This document shows, piece after piece, positions 1 through 13,120 of a DNA stretch of 64,000 nt. The notes under the pieces were generated by a model. The model was not told the DNA's origin and searched no databases. It saw only the letters and a list, made by a program, of their open reading frames with translations. Position numbers and translations under genes: made by a program. Source of the stretch: Phoronis australis (lineage: Eukaryota > Animalia > Phoronida); NCBI GenBank assembly GCA_002633005.1, contig NMRA01000296.1:226399-290398 (forward strand). The letters are read 5' to 3'. How positions within the stretch are numbered: the first letter of the stretch is position 1; the number at the start of each line of letters is the position of its first letter.

Positions 1-994
1 ATTCCCCCAAATTTAGGCTTCAGATCCCCTTACAGGCAGATTGTTGGAAACAACGGCAGTTCAAACCTTCCCTGTATTGCGCACGTATCGTGTCTCTGGG
101 TGGAGAAGGGAGTCACTCACACCAACATTTGCAGCAGTTCTAGGTTTTATGCACCTGTGTTCAGATTCAATAACAAGGTCTGGTTAGTCCTAGTTTATCT
201 TGATCAAAACCGTTCATTTGTGGGTTTTCATTATTTATTGGTCACCATTTGACTTGGTGTAATCTTTTAGCGGGTAATGGTCTGATATAGCATGCTCGAA
301 TTTTCAGAACCAGTTTTCTCCTCTGAATAACATGCATCAAACTGGTTCTCAAAGTACAAGCACCATATAGACTTTTGCCTTTTAGTCCATCAGATATGAT
401 GCAGATGTAAATATTTATGGAATGAGTTATACAATGTTAATGGTTTTTCCATTACTTTGTTCAGTATATACATGAATGATTCCTATATTGGTGTAAAAAC
501 GAGAACATACCATATATGTACATTAACACTTTTTGATTGGATTTACTGAAACTTCTATGTTATGTGATATTTCTTATATTGTATAAGGCTGAGTTGTATT
601 TATAAATAAACAAGCAGTTGCTGTATGTGTGTGTGTGTTTCCTGAAGGGTGTTTTTTTCCGACTTTTGTTTCTATGACAGGCAAATACCATGACATGTAA
701 TAAGGCATTGAGAGCATTTGGGCTTTCTGTCAAAACACTATGCATGATTGGCCAAGTTTAATTTTAACAGGATACTAAATCGCCTTGTTAAGGGCTGACT
801 ATGGGGAGAGTCACTGAATACATTTTGTAACAGAGTTACAATGGAGTTTTAGCTGAGAAATGCAGATTTCGCCTTTCCTTGGAAATACTAGTCACACACT
901 AGAAAATGATGGAAGCAATTTTTTGGTAAAATCACGTTAATTGTGTGAAATTGAAGAACGGGTTATGATTCAAGGAAAAACGCCGTCGACATAC

Positions 995-1130
995 ATACAC
1001 AAAACGTACCGAGAGTGGCGTAGATGAAGTAATATCCCACGAGACATTATTCCGCGTATGTTGTTCCTTCGGTCTCGGTCGATACGCGGAATATTACTTC
1101 ATCTACACCAGTCGAGGTACGTTTTTGTAT
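995..1130. mobile_element. Short palindromic (MITE-like) element
   Basis: The left arm AAAACGTACCGAGAGTGGCGTAGATGAAGTAATAT is the near reverse complement of the right arm ATATTACTTCATCTACACCAGTCGAGGTACGTTTT. An inner TATTCCGCGTAT / ATACGCGGAATA pair is also present. Confidence 0.7.
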
Positions 1131-3163
1131 TTATCCCATACGTTTCGAATTCCAAGTAAGTTTCTTTCATTTTTGCGGTAGATTTTTTAAATACTTCACT
1201 CAGACTGTTCACTTGGCGGGTCACATCCTATATGTATGTAGATAAAGTCTCAAATACTGTGTTAAAATTTTCTAATTTATCAATTCGTTTTCGTTTGATG
1301 CAATTTGATTTTTTCGTGGAAGTCATAAAAGTCCTATTCTTGATATCCCTCGTGTCAAAATGGAACATTTTGAAAACAAATCCTAACAGTGAACAAGGCA
1401 AAGTATTTTAGAGCGTCATGTGAATCCGATCAGTTCAGTATTTCTGAGATGGGATTTTCCAAATTTAGACACTGAGTCCGGGGCTGTAAATAAACTTTAG
1501 ATAGTTCCCGCTCACCTCTCACTTTGTTGTTTACATGATAATATTCGTGGATGGCACGTTGTCTTCAACAAACAGAGGGTTAATTCCATATAAATGGGAT
1601 TTAATCGCGATAATTATTTATCACATTTGATAAGGTGTAACGTTCGTGTTGTCTGAAACCAATGAGCTGCATGGACAAGCTTCTCTCGACGCACTTCCTG
1701 AGAACTAACAAAATAGAGTGCGAAGTATGCGACTCGTTGACTAAATTCAACCCAGATCAAAAAGTCATAGATCCATTGGGTTCAACTTGGGGGCTAGTCA
1801 GGTATTCCGGATAGGCCGCTCAGACAAGCGGATTTTCGCGAGGAAGTTTTCTTCAAAAGTGTGCCGCCTTTTCCGACAAAGTACCTACGAAAGGCTTCAC
1901 TGTATGAGTTGAGAACTCTATCCAAATATAGTGGAGTATTTACCCGGTATACAAACCAATTGTCTGGTGCCCCGATCATAATAAAGCACTGCAACTTTTC
2001 ATTGTCTTTTAGATTTGTCTATAATTATCGCGATCATGATCGTCTGTATCTGATTGGTTGGATTCTGTACACATTTTGGAGAGTAAAAGAGAGCACGAAA
2101 CTACCACAAATTCTCATTCGAATTTTGATAAAAAGACATTTCAACTTTGGTAACCAGTTGCAAAGTTTGTTACCCTGTTGTACCTTCACTCTACAACTAC
2201 ATTACGGTGAAAAATATCTGGTCTGCATCAAACGTTTGGTCACGCGTTTGATGCAAAACCAAAATGGAAAAATACAAAACACTTTTTTTCTGTGCAAGAA
2301 TTAACGTTAAGTCCAAAAATCTCGTTATGTTTAGTAAGTGTAATCTTAGTACACTTTGTTTGAAACGGCTATGAACGCGCGTTCCATCAGAAATTTAGAT
2401 TTAGACCATAACCGTTACAAATTGGCCTCAAATTATTCAAATTATGAGAAGAGATTTCAGATATTCGAGAGAACTTTTAGGTCGTTATCACTTTAAAGCT
2501 TCAAGGAATGAATTGAAAACGTGTCAGCTCTTTGCGAACCCAGAGATTACTTTTCACCAGAAGAAGGAACAAGTTGAGACCAATTTGATTGAGGTAAAAT
2601 GTTTAAATCAAACAATCAATTCTTTGACGAAACTCTGGCTCATACCTGCTTTGAGGGTTATTTATTTCACACTCACTACCGGAAACGCAAATTATAAACA
2701 TTGTCAATAAATATATACTTTGCAAACGTTTCCTTGATAGCAAATGATTTCTTTTCGCAAAGGGTCATCTAGAGCAATTAAACAGCGTGCCTACGTTGAC
2801 AGCGACGACGAACTTTTCCGCACCAACCGATGGTGATTTATTAATTTCCGTTGAGTATAAAAAATTTGCAGTCATGGAAAGGAAATATGCGACAAGTTCT
2901 TGCTCTGGCGGTTTTCTAATTCGGCCGTGATAAGTGACGAAATGCCCAGTTTGAATAACACACGCTCCGAAAAAACGCTTGAAACCAAACTACGCCGGGA
3001 TACGAAAGAAAATTTGTCGAAAAACAATTCAGTGTCCCCGTGCTTGACATGTACTAGCTATCTTTCATAGATAACAGAACTCGAAGTGATAGTGTTTTGG
3101 TTTATTCGGATTAGCTATGACGTCATACGTAATACTGCATATTCTCATTTGGCAGCAAGAACA

Positions 3164-6100
3164 ATGGATGTATATCCACGCATTTGTTTCGTATATTCTA
3201 TTTTCTTGTCCATACCATTGCTCCAAGGTAAGTCAAACCAATTGCCTTATATCCTGCCGAAACACAGAGTCTTCGACATTTGGTGTTCTAAGGTCCTACA
3301 TGCCCCAACGGGAGACTTTACTCGTATGTCAGTCGCGCTTTCGAAGACCCCGAAAAATGCAACTTCAAAGGAGGATTGAGGCAGATTACATACCAAAATA
3401 CTTCGCGCATGCTCCACACGACATGCGCGCACCCAGCCTAAAACATAGGGGGATTCAAATTCTTCGGTATGCGAGCCATTTCGGAAAAAATATCAACGAG
3501 GACTAAAGAGGCAACTAGGTTCAGGCCTGCCAATCGTGCGGCTCGTTCGAGCCCCCCGAGCCCTCCTGGGTGCGCCCATGCACGAGACGGTATATTTGCG
3601 ACAATGGGTTGTCTAATCGAAGTTGTATATGTAGAATAAGCATATTATGTTCCCTGATTTTTAATTAGGTTTTCCAACAAGTCAGAATAATTATTTGAAT
3701 TGGTATAGCATCATTAGAATTTGAAGACGGTATCAGTCGAAACTAGCATAAATTGTTTTGATCAGACTTCAGTTACAGACAGCAAAGAAGCACTCTCAAA
3801 CTAGATATTATATTATAAAAGTCAATTCGAGAGCGGTAGTTGGAGCTTACTTGAACTGGAAGATTTCATGCAGAATCCACATTCAGATTGCCGGAGAATA
3901 CGAGATTAGATTGCCAGTGGCGATTTCCGTCAGTCTAACTGGCCTCAGTCCCAGAATACGGACTTCAAATTTTAATTGCTCAATTTGTCAAAATAATGGG
4001 AGCTCAATTTTCAAATTTTTGCCACTTTCTATTATGTGCAACAAAAGTATGGCGATTTTGTATTTTCCAGCTCACATTTAAGCATCATTCCACTTACCTT
4101 ATCATAGAATCAATGGATAGACTGCCTGAAGATCCCTTCCCACACAGCAGCGGACTGTAACACCCTCCATATGGTCATATCACGTCTGCCCCTTAAGTGG
4201 AAACTTTACAAACCACCGAACCTTTCTGTTTGGGACACGTCTCATGTCTTCGTCAAATTATTTCTACACTTGCGAGGCACTTGCAGAGAAATCCTCATTT
4301 GTGGAGCGTAGATACTGAATTCTATCCAATAATTCAAACAATCCAACCTCACCGACCAACCACATCAGTGGCCATGATTTCGCTAGGGTTCGCTAGAAGG
4401 TCCCGAGCACAGTCGCGAAGCACTCGCCTTTCACTCGCGCACCTGCGGAGTCTTCCTATTTTGCAAAATTCTTGTGCGTCTGCAGAACACACTCTTGGTC
4501 AGGAGTGATTGCCGAAAACACGAGATTGTTGACAGATATTAGTGCGGACGAACTCGTAAACTGATCCATTGTCATGGTTATAATTACACTCACTCAACAT
4601 TTTTTGCTTTGGGCATTGTAGCTGCCTCTACGTTAGGCTTTAATTTGTAAAATTTCAGCCAATTTGTGTTCCACTACTAGGTATTTACCTGTAGTCCCGT
4701 GTCTGTGACTACTCCGTGTTTGACTGCATGGTTACGTGTCTAGTTGCATTCTTTCCGCGACATCTTTCTGAGAATCATGAAGTTGCATTGTCGGTGTCCT
4801 CAGTGGAAGTTTTATTTTAAGTGTCTGACTCTTTCTGTCTTTATAATTTTCCGAGGTAGATATTTAGGCCTACTTCAAATATTTTGGAAGTACCACACCC
4901 TGAGTCGGTCATACGATGCATGTTGCTTGTGCTCTTTTATTTTGTAGATTTTACTTCTCAAGTTTTTGCATAGGTTTTGAACTGCTATCAGGTGTATTCA
5001 CTGTCCACTAGTTCTTGACCAATGAAGGGCAATAAACCATCATAATTCCATCACAATTTTGTTTCGCTTACAACGTCATTGCAAGCTATATCAACACATA
5101 TTCTAATATTTGAGGCATTTGTAATGATTTTAAGTATTGGGCCTAATTTTGAATCGCTGTTTTTAACTTCTCATTGTCACACTTTCAAGGTCTCCCAATA
5201 CCTTGCGACTTCATCTACCACTCGCCAGATGGCACTCTTCGCACATGCTTCCTGCTACAAGGTTCGTCGACATACGATAGGACTGAAAATATTTGCAAAA
5301 GTCTTAAAGGTCGGTCACTGACCATTAACAACAAAAGTAAATTAAAATTTGTTGCTGCAAAATTAAGAGAGAAGAATATCTCGGATGTCTGGACCGGAGG
5401 AAGAGAATTAAAGCAATGGGAATGGATAAACGGTAGGCCTATATGGTTCGGTTTGGTTACAATTACAATTTCATGCATTGTGTTTGTGTCGTCATTAGGC
5501 CTATCAGTCATTGTGTAGTCTCAGATAAACTCTGAGATGCAGTTAAGACCGACCGCCCTCTGGTGGACTGGTCTTGTTTGTTTATACCGAAGGTTGCTTT
5601 GTCAATCTTTGGTCATTTAAAACGGTTTTGAAAGCCTGGAACAGGTAAGTAAAAAGAAGCCAAAGATATTTATTAAAGTTTCAAAATTTGAAGACCATTA
5701 TAAATCACAGATCGCAATAAACTTCTGGTATAATCAGCATAGGACTACACCCGCCAGTGCATCCCCATTTGTGACCTCAGTGCTATTTCGACTAGTTTAT
5801 GTCGGCGAGGGATACAAAAAACCATGGTCTCGTCTCTTAATTTCATTTACTTTCCCCTAAACACCAGTACCGACATGCCACCGTCAAATCCGTAGTGTAA
5901 GTTCTATACCAGCGGTCCACTACATGCTCAAAAATCGAAAACATTCCATGCCTGGTTGCAATATGAAACTTCGGGACCATACTATGATCCTGTACCCAAG
6001 GCCTTGGACTGGAGTTTGGTCATGGTTGTGAAGTATTTTTGGTGACGTTGTGTGGAGGTAAAGGGCTCGGATAAGAAATTTGCCAGTTTAGTGTTTCTGG

Positions 6101-9100
6101 GATTTGCCGTGGGAGATCGAAGTTGAGAGTTAAAGGCGCGGCCCTATGTTTTTCGCTCGATTCATTTAATTTATGTTACGTCACTCATTAACCTTTTCGA
6201 TGAAAATACTTAAATGAAATGGTGACAGTTCACATCAGTTTTGTTGATGGATTTAATTGAACTGTTGATTGTGTTCATGTTTTAGGAAAAGCTGTATCGA
6301 AAGATAATACCGGGAGTTTCGAAGTTTCGTCGCAACGTTTGTGTCTTGCCCTGTCTACTTCTGGATCGGCAAGTGCCAGTATGTGCCAAAATTTCCACTA
6401 CTACGTCTGCAGTATCAGAACAGGTAGGTCAAATAGAAGACACCGTCTGCCGGCTGATGTACAAAGTTTTTGTTTCTTGTGTTTCCCTTTTCAGTACTCT
6501 GTAGGGCCAGTTTTTTAAAGTTAATTGATGAAAAAAAGGCAATTCCTTATGTGATTATGTGTAAAATGACGACAGACCATGAACGCCAACGCAATGGTGC
6601 TGAACTCTTCTACTGACTTTAAAGTTCAAATAATGCAAACTAAAACAACTGGTTTACAATTGAAGTGCTTTTGAAGCATAAAACCACTAGGCCCTATTTA
6701 TCATTATTGCGGGCGGATATAAGGTGTCACAAGGGCGTGGGTAACCACAAGAAAACATATTCGCGTTAACCTAAATACACCGGCGTTTTTGGTTGTGTCG
6801 CCAGCGAAGGGGATCAGGCGCCTCTAAATCAATTTATTATTATTTATCCGTTTGAACTGTCTGGTAGGATGCTTTGTAAAATCATAACTTTATCAGCAGC
6901 CACTGATTTTCTGTCTACTAGACTGTAGCTAGGTGGGTACATGCAGTCATCTTGCATCAACGCGAATACATAAATTAAACTTAATTCTGATTTAGCAACT
7001 GCGGACTCCGCATGCAGACACCGACCACTTTTGAAGACATGAGCGATTCTTAAAAGTTACCGTAAAAAGTTGTCGGTTCCGCTGCCTAGATCGACCTTAG
7101 GAATGTTTGCCTGTGACCCATTATTTTAAAGCTGCACTTTACTTTGAACTGACGACAAAACGAAAATAAATGGAGGTCTCATAATTTTGGTTTCATGGTA
7201 TTTCTTACCATGATAGGATTCTTTTCTTATTTTCGTTACCAACGAAAACAAAGAAACCGTCAGCGACTCAAGAAACCGATGCAGGGTTTACTGAAGTTGG
7301 CAAAATCTGAAACTGAGAATTTCAAAATGACGCGTGTACGCATGAGACTTGGGATGGTAGCGGAAATGAAACTATGTCACTCTAAGGAATGTCACGAGAC
7401 CGATTTTATGAGAGTAAAATGCCAAATATGATTTTCATTTTTACAGGCAGCTGAATAGAGTGCAATACAGCTTGCGCAACATGCTATTGTTTCATTTCCG
7501 CTGATTTTAATGTTGTTTTGGGGGGAACAAGGGCAGACCTGCGTGGGGCACAACTACAGAACAATAGACGGCCGATGCTTCTTCATTAGTGGGAACGACA
7601 GGGGAATGAAGCGCTGGTATGAAGCTCGCAACGACTGCATTCATAAAGGGGGCGACATGCTCTGCGGTGACCAGGATATAAAAATAGTGATAAACGAGCT
7701 AGAAAAAGAAAGGACATATTGGATTGGCGGCACAAACCGGAAATGGGTGTGGTCGAATGGTAGGGAACGTTTATTTACTTTTATTGTCTTAAATTTACGA
7801 CCCATCTGCTTCATAATCCACCATGACATTGAAGTAACATATCTTTTAAGATGATAAATTTGACGAACAAATGACGTGTCGATGTATTCCATAGATCATC
7901 ATCACAATCTTTGTCCTAAATAGAAGTAGATGCATTATTTTCTGAAAAAAAATCCAGTGAACTGAGTCGTGACTTGCTGAAGGCAATTTAACATAATGTG
8001 TACACTTCAGACAATAGCTAGGGTTGATAGTGAATATTCGGTTATATATAAACAAGAATGGTATTTTTTATCAATAGGCGATGTGATAACGGAGACATTC
8101 TGGGGAAGAGAGGAACCTGGCAGTCCTTCACATACGTGCCTGTCGCTACACACTGAGGACGAACTGTCATGGTGGAGGGCTTCCTTTTGCTCCGATAATC
8201 ACAAAACTCTGTGCGAAATTGGTAAGTATCTTGTTCTTCAAGTTATGAAAGCGGCAATACTTCATTCAATACCAAATTCTATCAAAAACTCTTGATTCAG
8301 TCCACCCACCGTTATGAAACTGGCCTCAATTGCTCCAAACTCAAATAAGAAGTGATTTCTTGGCATGGGGAAACTGATAGATTCGTTATTAGGTGAGGTT
8401 ATGCTCGGCGCATACAATAACCGGGGCGAGCCAACTCATTGAGTCTCGTCTTGAGCAATAACGAATCGTAATTACTTCTTCGAGAGTTGCTCAAAACTTG
8501 TCCCTGATGAGATCCTTCATGCAAAGGCATTTCCACGATAAATGGTTTTACTTGATTTTTGGTTCAGTGAAGCATGTTGTTCTTTTTAAAGCTTTTTGAT
8601 TTTGCCGTGCTTTATGTGAACAAGGAACCGAGAAAACGAGACCGTGAGCTAAAAACCGAAACCGAGAACTGTTTTAGCCCTTGTTCAGATAGCAACTGAA
8701 TATCTGCTTGCTTATATACCCTGCATGTGACTAAACCGTTAATCGACATTATCTCTTTGCAGATGTCGAAATCACAACTCCCATAACAACTACCAGAACC
8801 ACCTTCACGCGAAGGGCAACTGTCAGAACTCAACCAACCACGGCGTCTACATCTTTAGTGACTTCTGACAATCATTCGACAACATTTACTGATGCCATAC
8901 ACTCATTTGCTATGCACTCCGTGACGTCACCTGTAGTGAATAATGGAACGCATTGGCAAAGGAACCGAATAAAGTCGACTGTTCAGCCAAGCACGCCCAA
9001 GATCCTGACTTCAGCAAAAAGGGGAATAACACAAAATCCGCGGAGATTTTTTGAAACGACACTTGTGCATGCTGAAAACGGACTCGGTGGAGATGAAATA

Positions 9101-10539
9101 GGTAAAAATGAACATAAGACTTTGCACTTTTCTGTGCGAGACTGGACAAAAATTAGCACATACTTTACATTATGATTTTAAAAAATAAGAGAACAAACGC
9201 CTTAAGCTCCCATGGAAACCTGTCTGTGTCTCACTGTATTCTTTTTGGTATGGAAATGAAAACGAGTTGTGAAGTTAAACAGCCGGCATTTTAAGATGCC
9301 GTCGTTCGGTCACAGGGCAGTCTCTGGATATATCTTCAGATTGTGACGTTAATATCCGGAAAACTCGTCGTTCTACTTTTTCAGGTCTCTACGCGGGATT
9401 TGGAACTATGGGATTTCTTGTCGTTGTCTTGGTTATCGTTATTATCATTTTCGTACATCGCAGGTAAATTTTTGTGGTGAATTTCGTACTACTCTGAACG
9501 TAAATCATCCTTCTAGTTTGGTATTTATGTAAATTAATGTTTTGTAAAATTTTACAATTCGCAGGATGGTGCAATTACACGTCTTTTGATATGGCAAACT
9601 AATGAGCATTAAGCAATCTTACTGACAATAACATCATTTGGCGTGAACTCCAATTAACTGCAATTATCGCGCTAACACTGGTTCTGTTCTAAAACAAAGA
9701 CACACAAACACTGGATCGTAATTTTCTGCAAAAAGTGCGCATGCATGCGTCACTTTTGATCAGAAATTTTTTCATAAGGTCACGTGTTAAGTGAATGTGC
9801 ACGTTTTGTCCGTTTTGTATGGTATTTGGTAGAATTTTAGGGGGGCCATGGCCCTCGTGCCCCCCCCCCCCAAATCCGCAACTGACATATTCACTGCTAA
9901 GCTCTCTATATATGGGTTCCTATAAATCATGGTAACTCTCAAAAAGGGTGGGTACTTCCAAACGGTGGGTATTCTGATTTACCATATTCGTACACCCCGT
10001 GGAATACCCTCAGGCGTACACAGTGAGGCAACGTTCCTCATCTGGTGTTAGTAAGAGTTGCTTGCCTTTTTGTTTTCATTTTGTCTACGTGTGGTGGAAA
10101 ATTGCTTGCAATTTGTATTTCTAGAAACTCCAAACCAAAGGAAGCCCAAGTCATCGAGCATGTGGGAGTAAAAATCTCTCATCATCGGAGCAAAGTGTTT
10201 ACAAAATCGAAAAAAGCTACTGACAAACAAGAAAGAAATGTCATCACTTCAAAAAATAATGATTTTGAAAATTGTGAACAACAAGTTTATGTTGAGGTAG
10301 ATGACATGAAAGACCAGCAGTACGCGTATGCGCATTACCACATAATACGGGAAGAATGTGGCGTGACATGCGCCAGAAATCGCTTGGATTTTGATACGAG
10401 AATGCCTTTGCCGACGGAAAAATTCTCCGGAGAAATGAATCTGAACGAAAAACGTTTGGCAGATAGTGTGTGCACGAATGAGGTACACGTTGGAACTAGT
10501 TATGACTACGTCAAAACGAGGAAAGAGGATTGGGGATAG
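3164..10539 (+). CDS. Type-I transmembrane receptor with two C-type lectin-like domains (~549 aa, 8 coding exons)
   Basis: Exons 3164-3227 (signal peptide MDVYPRICFVYSIFLSIPLLQ), 5190-5432 + 6286-6423 (CTLD1: CFLL..C..VWTGG..WEWING..CLAL..C..YVCS), 7532-7759 + 8078-8221 (CTLD2: GRCFFIS..WYEARNDC..YWIGG..WVWSNG..FWGREEPG..CLSL..W..C..LCE), 8763-9101 (Ser/Thr-rich stalk), 9385-9463 (TM GLYAGFGTMGFLVVVLVIVIIIFVHRR) and 10125-10539 (cytoplasmic tail). All introns are GT-AG and phases join into a 1650-nt ORF. The acceptor at 7531 is weak. Confidence 0.88.
3422..3580. mobile_element. MITE, CATGCGCGCACCCAG-TIR family, copy 1
   Basis: TIRs CATGCGCGCACCCAG / CTGGGTGCGCCCATG, flanked by the 5-bp direct repeat CACGA (3417-3421, 3581-3585). 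Confidence 0.85.
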
Positions 10540-12550
10540 ACTAACTTTGTCGTGTCTTGAAACTGAACAAGAACTTTGTGATCTCCATGATCTTGCAGAA
10601 ATACACTTAGTGTGAAACAATGGAACGTATAGGGTAGAGATATATCTACCAAAGTTTGTATCTTTGTATTTTCAACAAAAATATTGTTGTCATTTATCGG
10701 GTTAATTCTAAATATCGGCATGGCTAATGTTGTTTGTAGCGAAGGGAAGTTACTTTTGGTAAGTGTAACAAGGGACTCGGTGACTTCCTATCGTACATGA
10801 AGACGGGAAAATCATTCCCTGTCGAAATTATAAAGCACATCTCTCCGACGCTTCTTGTATTTTTATATTTTCTTCCCCCTTTGACAGAAACTCATTTTAG
10901 TCCCTTTGATTTGCTTTAATTTTGTGATGAATTAAAAACGTGCGAGCAACGGCAGAACGGAATATGCCGTGTCGATGCAAATGAACGAAGTATGCATTGT
11001 CTAAAAATACGAAGCTATCTGCTCAGCAAAACTCAGTGGTCAACATTAGAGAGGGTTTGCAGAAATATCCGAAATGTCTTTGAAGACGCCAATTTTAATC
11101 TTTTGTGGGAATGAGTTTGTTAGTGATTACAGAGAACTGAACGGTTAAGTTTATTCGTTTAGCACGCAACATGACAAGAACATCCGTAAGAGGGAGGACT
11201 CTAGTGATTGACATTCACAGATCCGGCACTGACTACGTTATGCGCGTGCTATTACGTCTTTGGAAATTAAGCGAAATCTGATGGTGTCAATCATGACGTC
11301 ACGAGCTGTGGCGTCATGAATTGTGACGAATATTGCCATTTCCAACATTCCAGCGCTCGACTTGGCTAGGCTTGTTCGGTCATCCTGCAGTCGTAACACG
11401 AGATTTTGTGTGCATCTGGGATGACCATAGGATCATGTTTGGCCTGTGAGTAACTATTACAGAAGCGATTCCATTTAATGAAGCAAAATAGCAGTGGTTG
11501 GTTCTTAGAGACATGTATTGAGGAAAACAAAAGACACAATGCAAAATTACCATAATCTTAGAGAAAAACAGTTTGAATTTGACACAAATGGCGTATAATT
11601 TTAGTATCCCTGACTTACGCACCTACACTGGGAACATACTTGTGTTTGTTATGCATTGTAGTTTAACAGAAATTTTTTACAGTATACCATGTCAAATACA
11701 TCGAGTTGACGGCTGGTAGACAAATATTCATTGACAGGCTTTGAGCCAATTCAGTTGTTTCATATGGGATCACATTTTCAATGAATTTTTCAAAGTAAAA
11801 TACAACATCCTGCAAATCGAGTGATTGTTTTCAGAGGAGAAGACACGACACCATCATGGTATTTCACGCAGCAAGAACTATGCGACTTAGCGCGAACCTA
11901 TTGGTACATTTGTGTATTCAAGTTCATTATGGTAAGTTCAGGAAGATGAAGGCTCGACTAGTCGTAGCATATTCATGCTGACACGCCCAACCCAGGTGAT
12001 TACGATCAGTGGAAGGTTGACAACTAAAACGACCCCCGACGTTTCGCATGCAATTTATGTGGTGACAAAGTGTGACGATGAAATTTATCGTTCTTTCTTT
12101 AGCATTCATATTATAGAATAAAACTCGTACCATTTCTGCTTACAGCCTCTAGCTTGAAAGAATTATTCCTCAACATAGACGCAAAATACTGCAAAATAAA
12201 TAATTTTGATCACCACTTCTCGTTGTAGCTGTGTTTCTTCATAGCCAAGTTGGTTCAGTTATGTAGACGCAAACGGGGCAAAAAAGGACAGATCATCAAA
12301 GACATGTAAGTGAGTTTATATTGATTGTTAGTTTATTCTGTATCTTCCCAAAGAGTATTTCATGCTACCTAACTCATACACCATTTTGAAATACATGTAC
12401 ATCTGTGGACGGGTCTTAATCTAATTTCTGCATCAGAAACTCACATTTAACTCAGTATCGATTTGATGTCAAATATTACACATGCTATCTACGTTTCTCA
12501 TATCGCTTTCTAGACATACGCAAACGGCCAAACAGCTAACAGACATAAAG

Positions 12551-12943
12551 ATGCAGACGGAAACCGGAACGTCCTCTAGCGGCACACCAAAGACACCAAG
12601 TTCGGGATCATCCAAGTCTAGACCAGGATCGCCCAGCGCCAAGAAATCGCCCAGCGCCAAGAAATCGCCCAGTGCAAAGTCATCAAGATCCAGGAAATCT
12701 CCAAGTGCCAACAGATCTAAGTCTAAGTCCCCCAGCGCTAAGATCAAATCGTCCCCCAGTCCTAAATCTGCTAAAAAAGCCCCAGCCGTAGATAAAACAC
12801 CGCCTGCAAGTCCCGCGCTGACTCGTCAAAGAAAACGCAACGCTACCATGAAAAACCAGTCTCCCAAACAATCTCCGTCGCCAAAAGCGAAATCCCCAGC
12901 GAGAAGAAGAACGAGGCAAACAAAATCTCCTGCTAAGAAATGA
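12551..12943 (+). CDS. Small basic Ser/Pro/Lys-rich protein (130 aa), histone-H1-tail-like or protamine-like
   Basis: ORF MQTETGTSSSGTPKTP...SPSAKKSPSAKK...SPARRRTRQTKSPAKK with 24 K + 11 R, only 2 acidic residues and 16 S/T-P sites. A candidate non-coding first exon ends at a GTAAGT donor (12306), the acceptor TTCTAG ends at 12513, and AATAAA lies at 13115. Confidence 0.75.
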   Translation: MQTETGTSSSGTPKTPSSGSSKSRPGSPSAKKSPSAKKSPSAKSSRSRKSPSANRSKSKSPSAKIKSSPSPKSAKKAPAVDKTPPASPALTRQRKRNATMKNQSPKQSPSPKAKSPARRRTRQTKSPAKK

Positions 12944-13114
12944 GAATAGACGTGGATGATGTTACTTGTCGGAAGATGGACTTGACTAACGTTGAAAAAA
13001 TACTTCTAGTTTATCGGTGTGTTGTTCCGTACACATCGCAGAAACGCAAAAATTGCAGTTCCAATAGAGAGAGAAAGACTCGTAGAATTTTGTACTTCAT
13101 TGTATCATAGATGA

Positions 13115-13120
13115 AATAAA
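13115..13120 (+). promoter_or_regulatory. Candidate polyadenylation signal of the SPKK-like gene
   Basis: AATAAA about 170 nt after the stop codon at 12943. Confidence 0.45.

Noticed and set aside
1-252. Open frame running in from the window edge
   Set aside because: No recognisable protein motif on either strand and no convincing splice context.
4098-4154. Minus-strand segment bounded by TTACAG and GTAAGT (possible antisense exon in lectin intron 1)
   Set aside because: No in-frame partner exons or recognisable product. Such sites arise by chance.
12469-12919. Minus-strand ORFs (LALGDF repeats; Arg/Gly/Phe-rich)
   Set aside because: Antisense shadows of the repetitive SPKK-like ORF.
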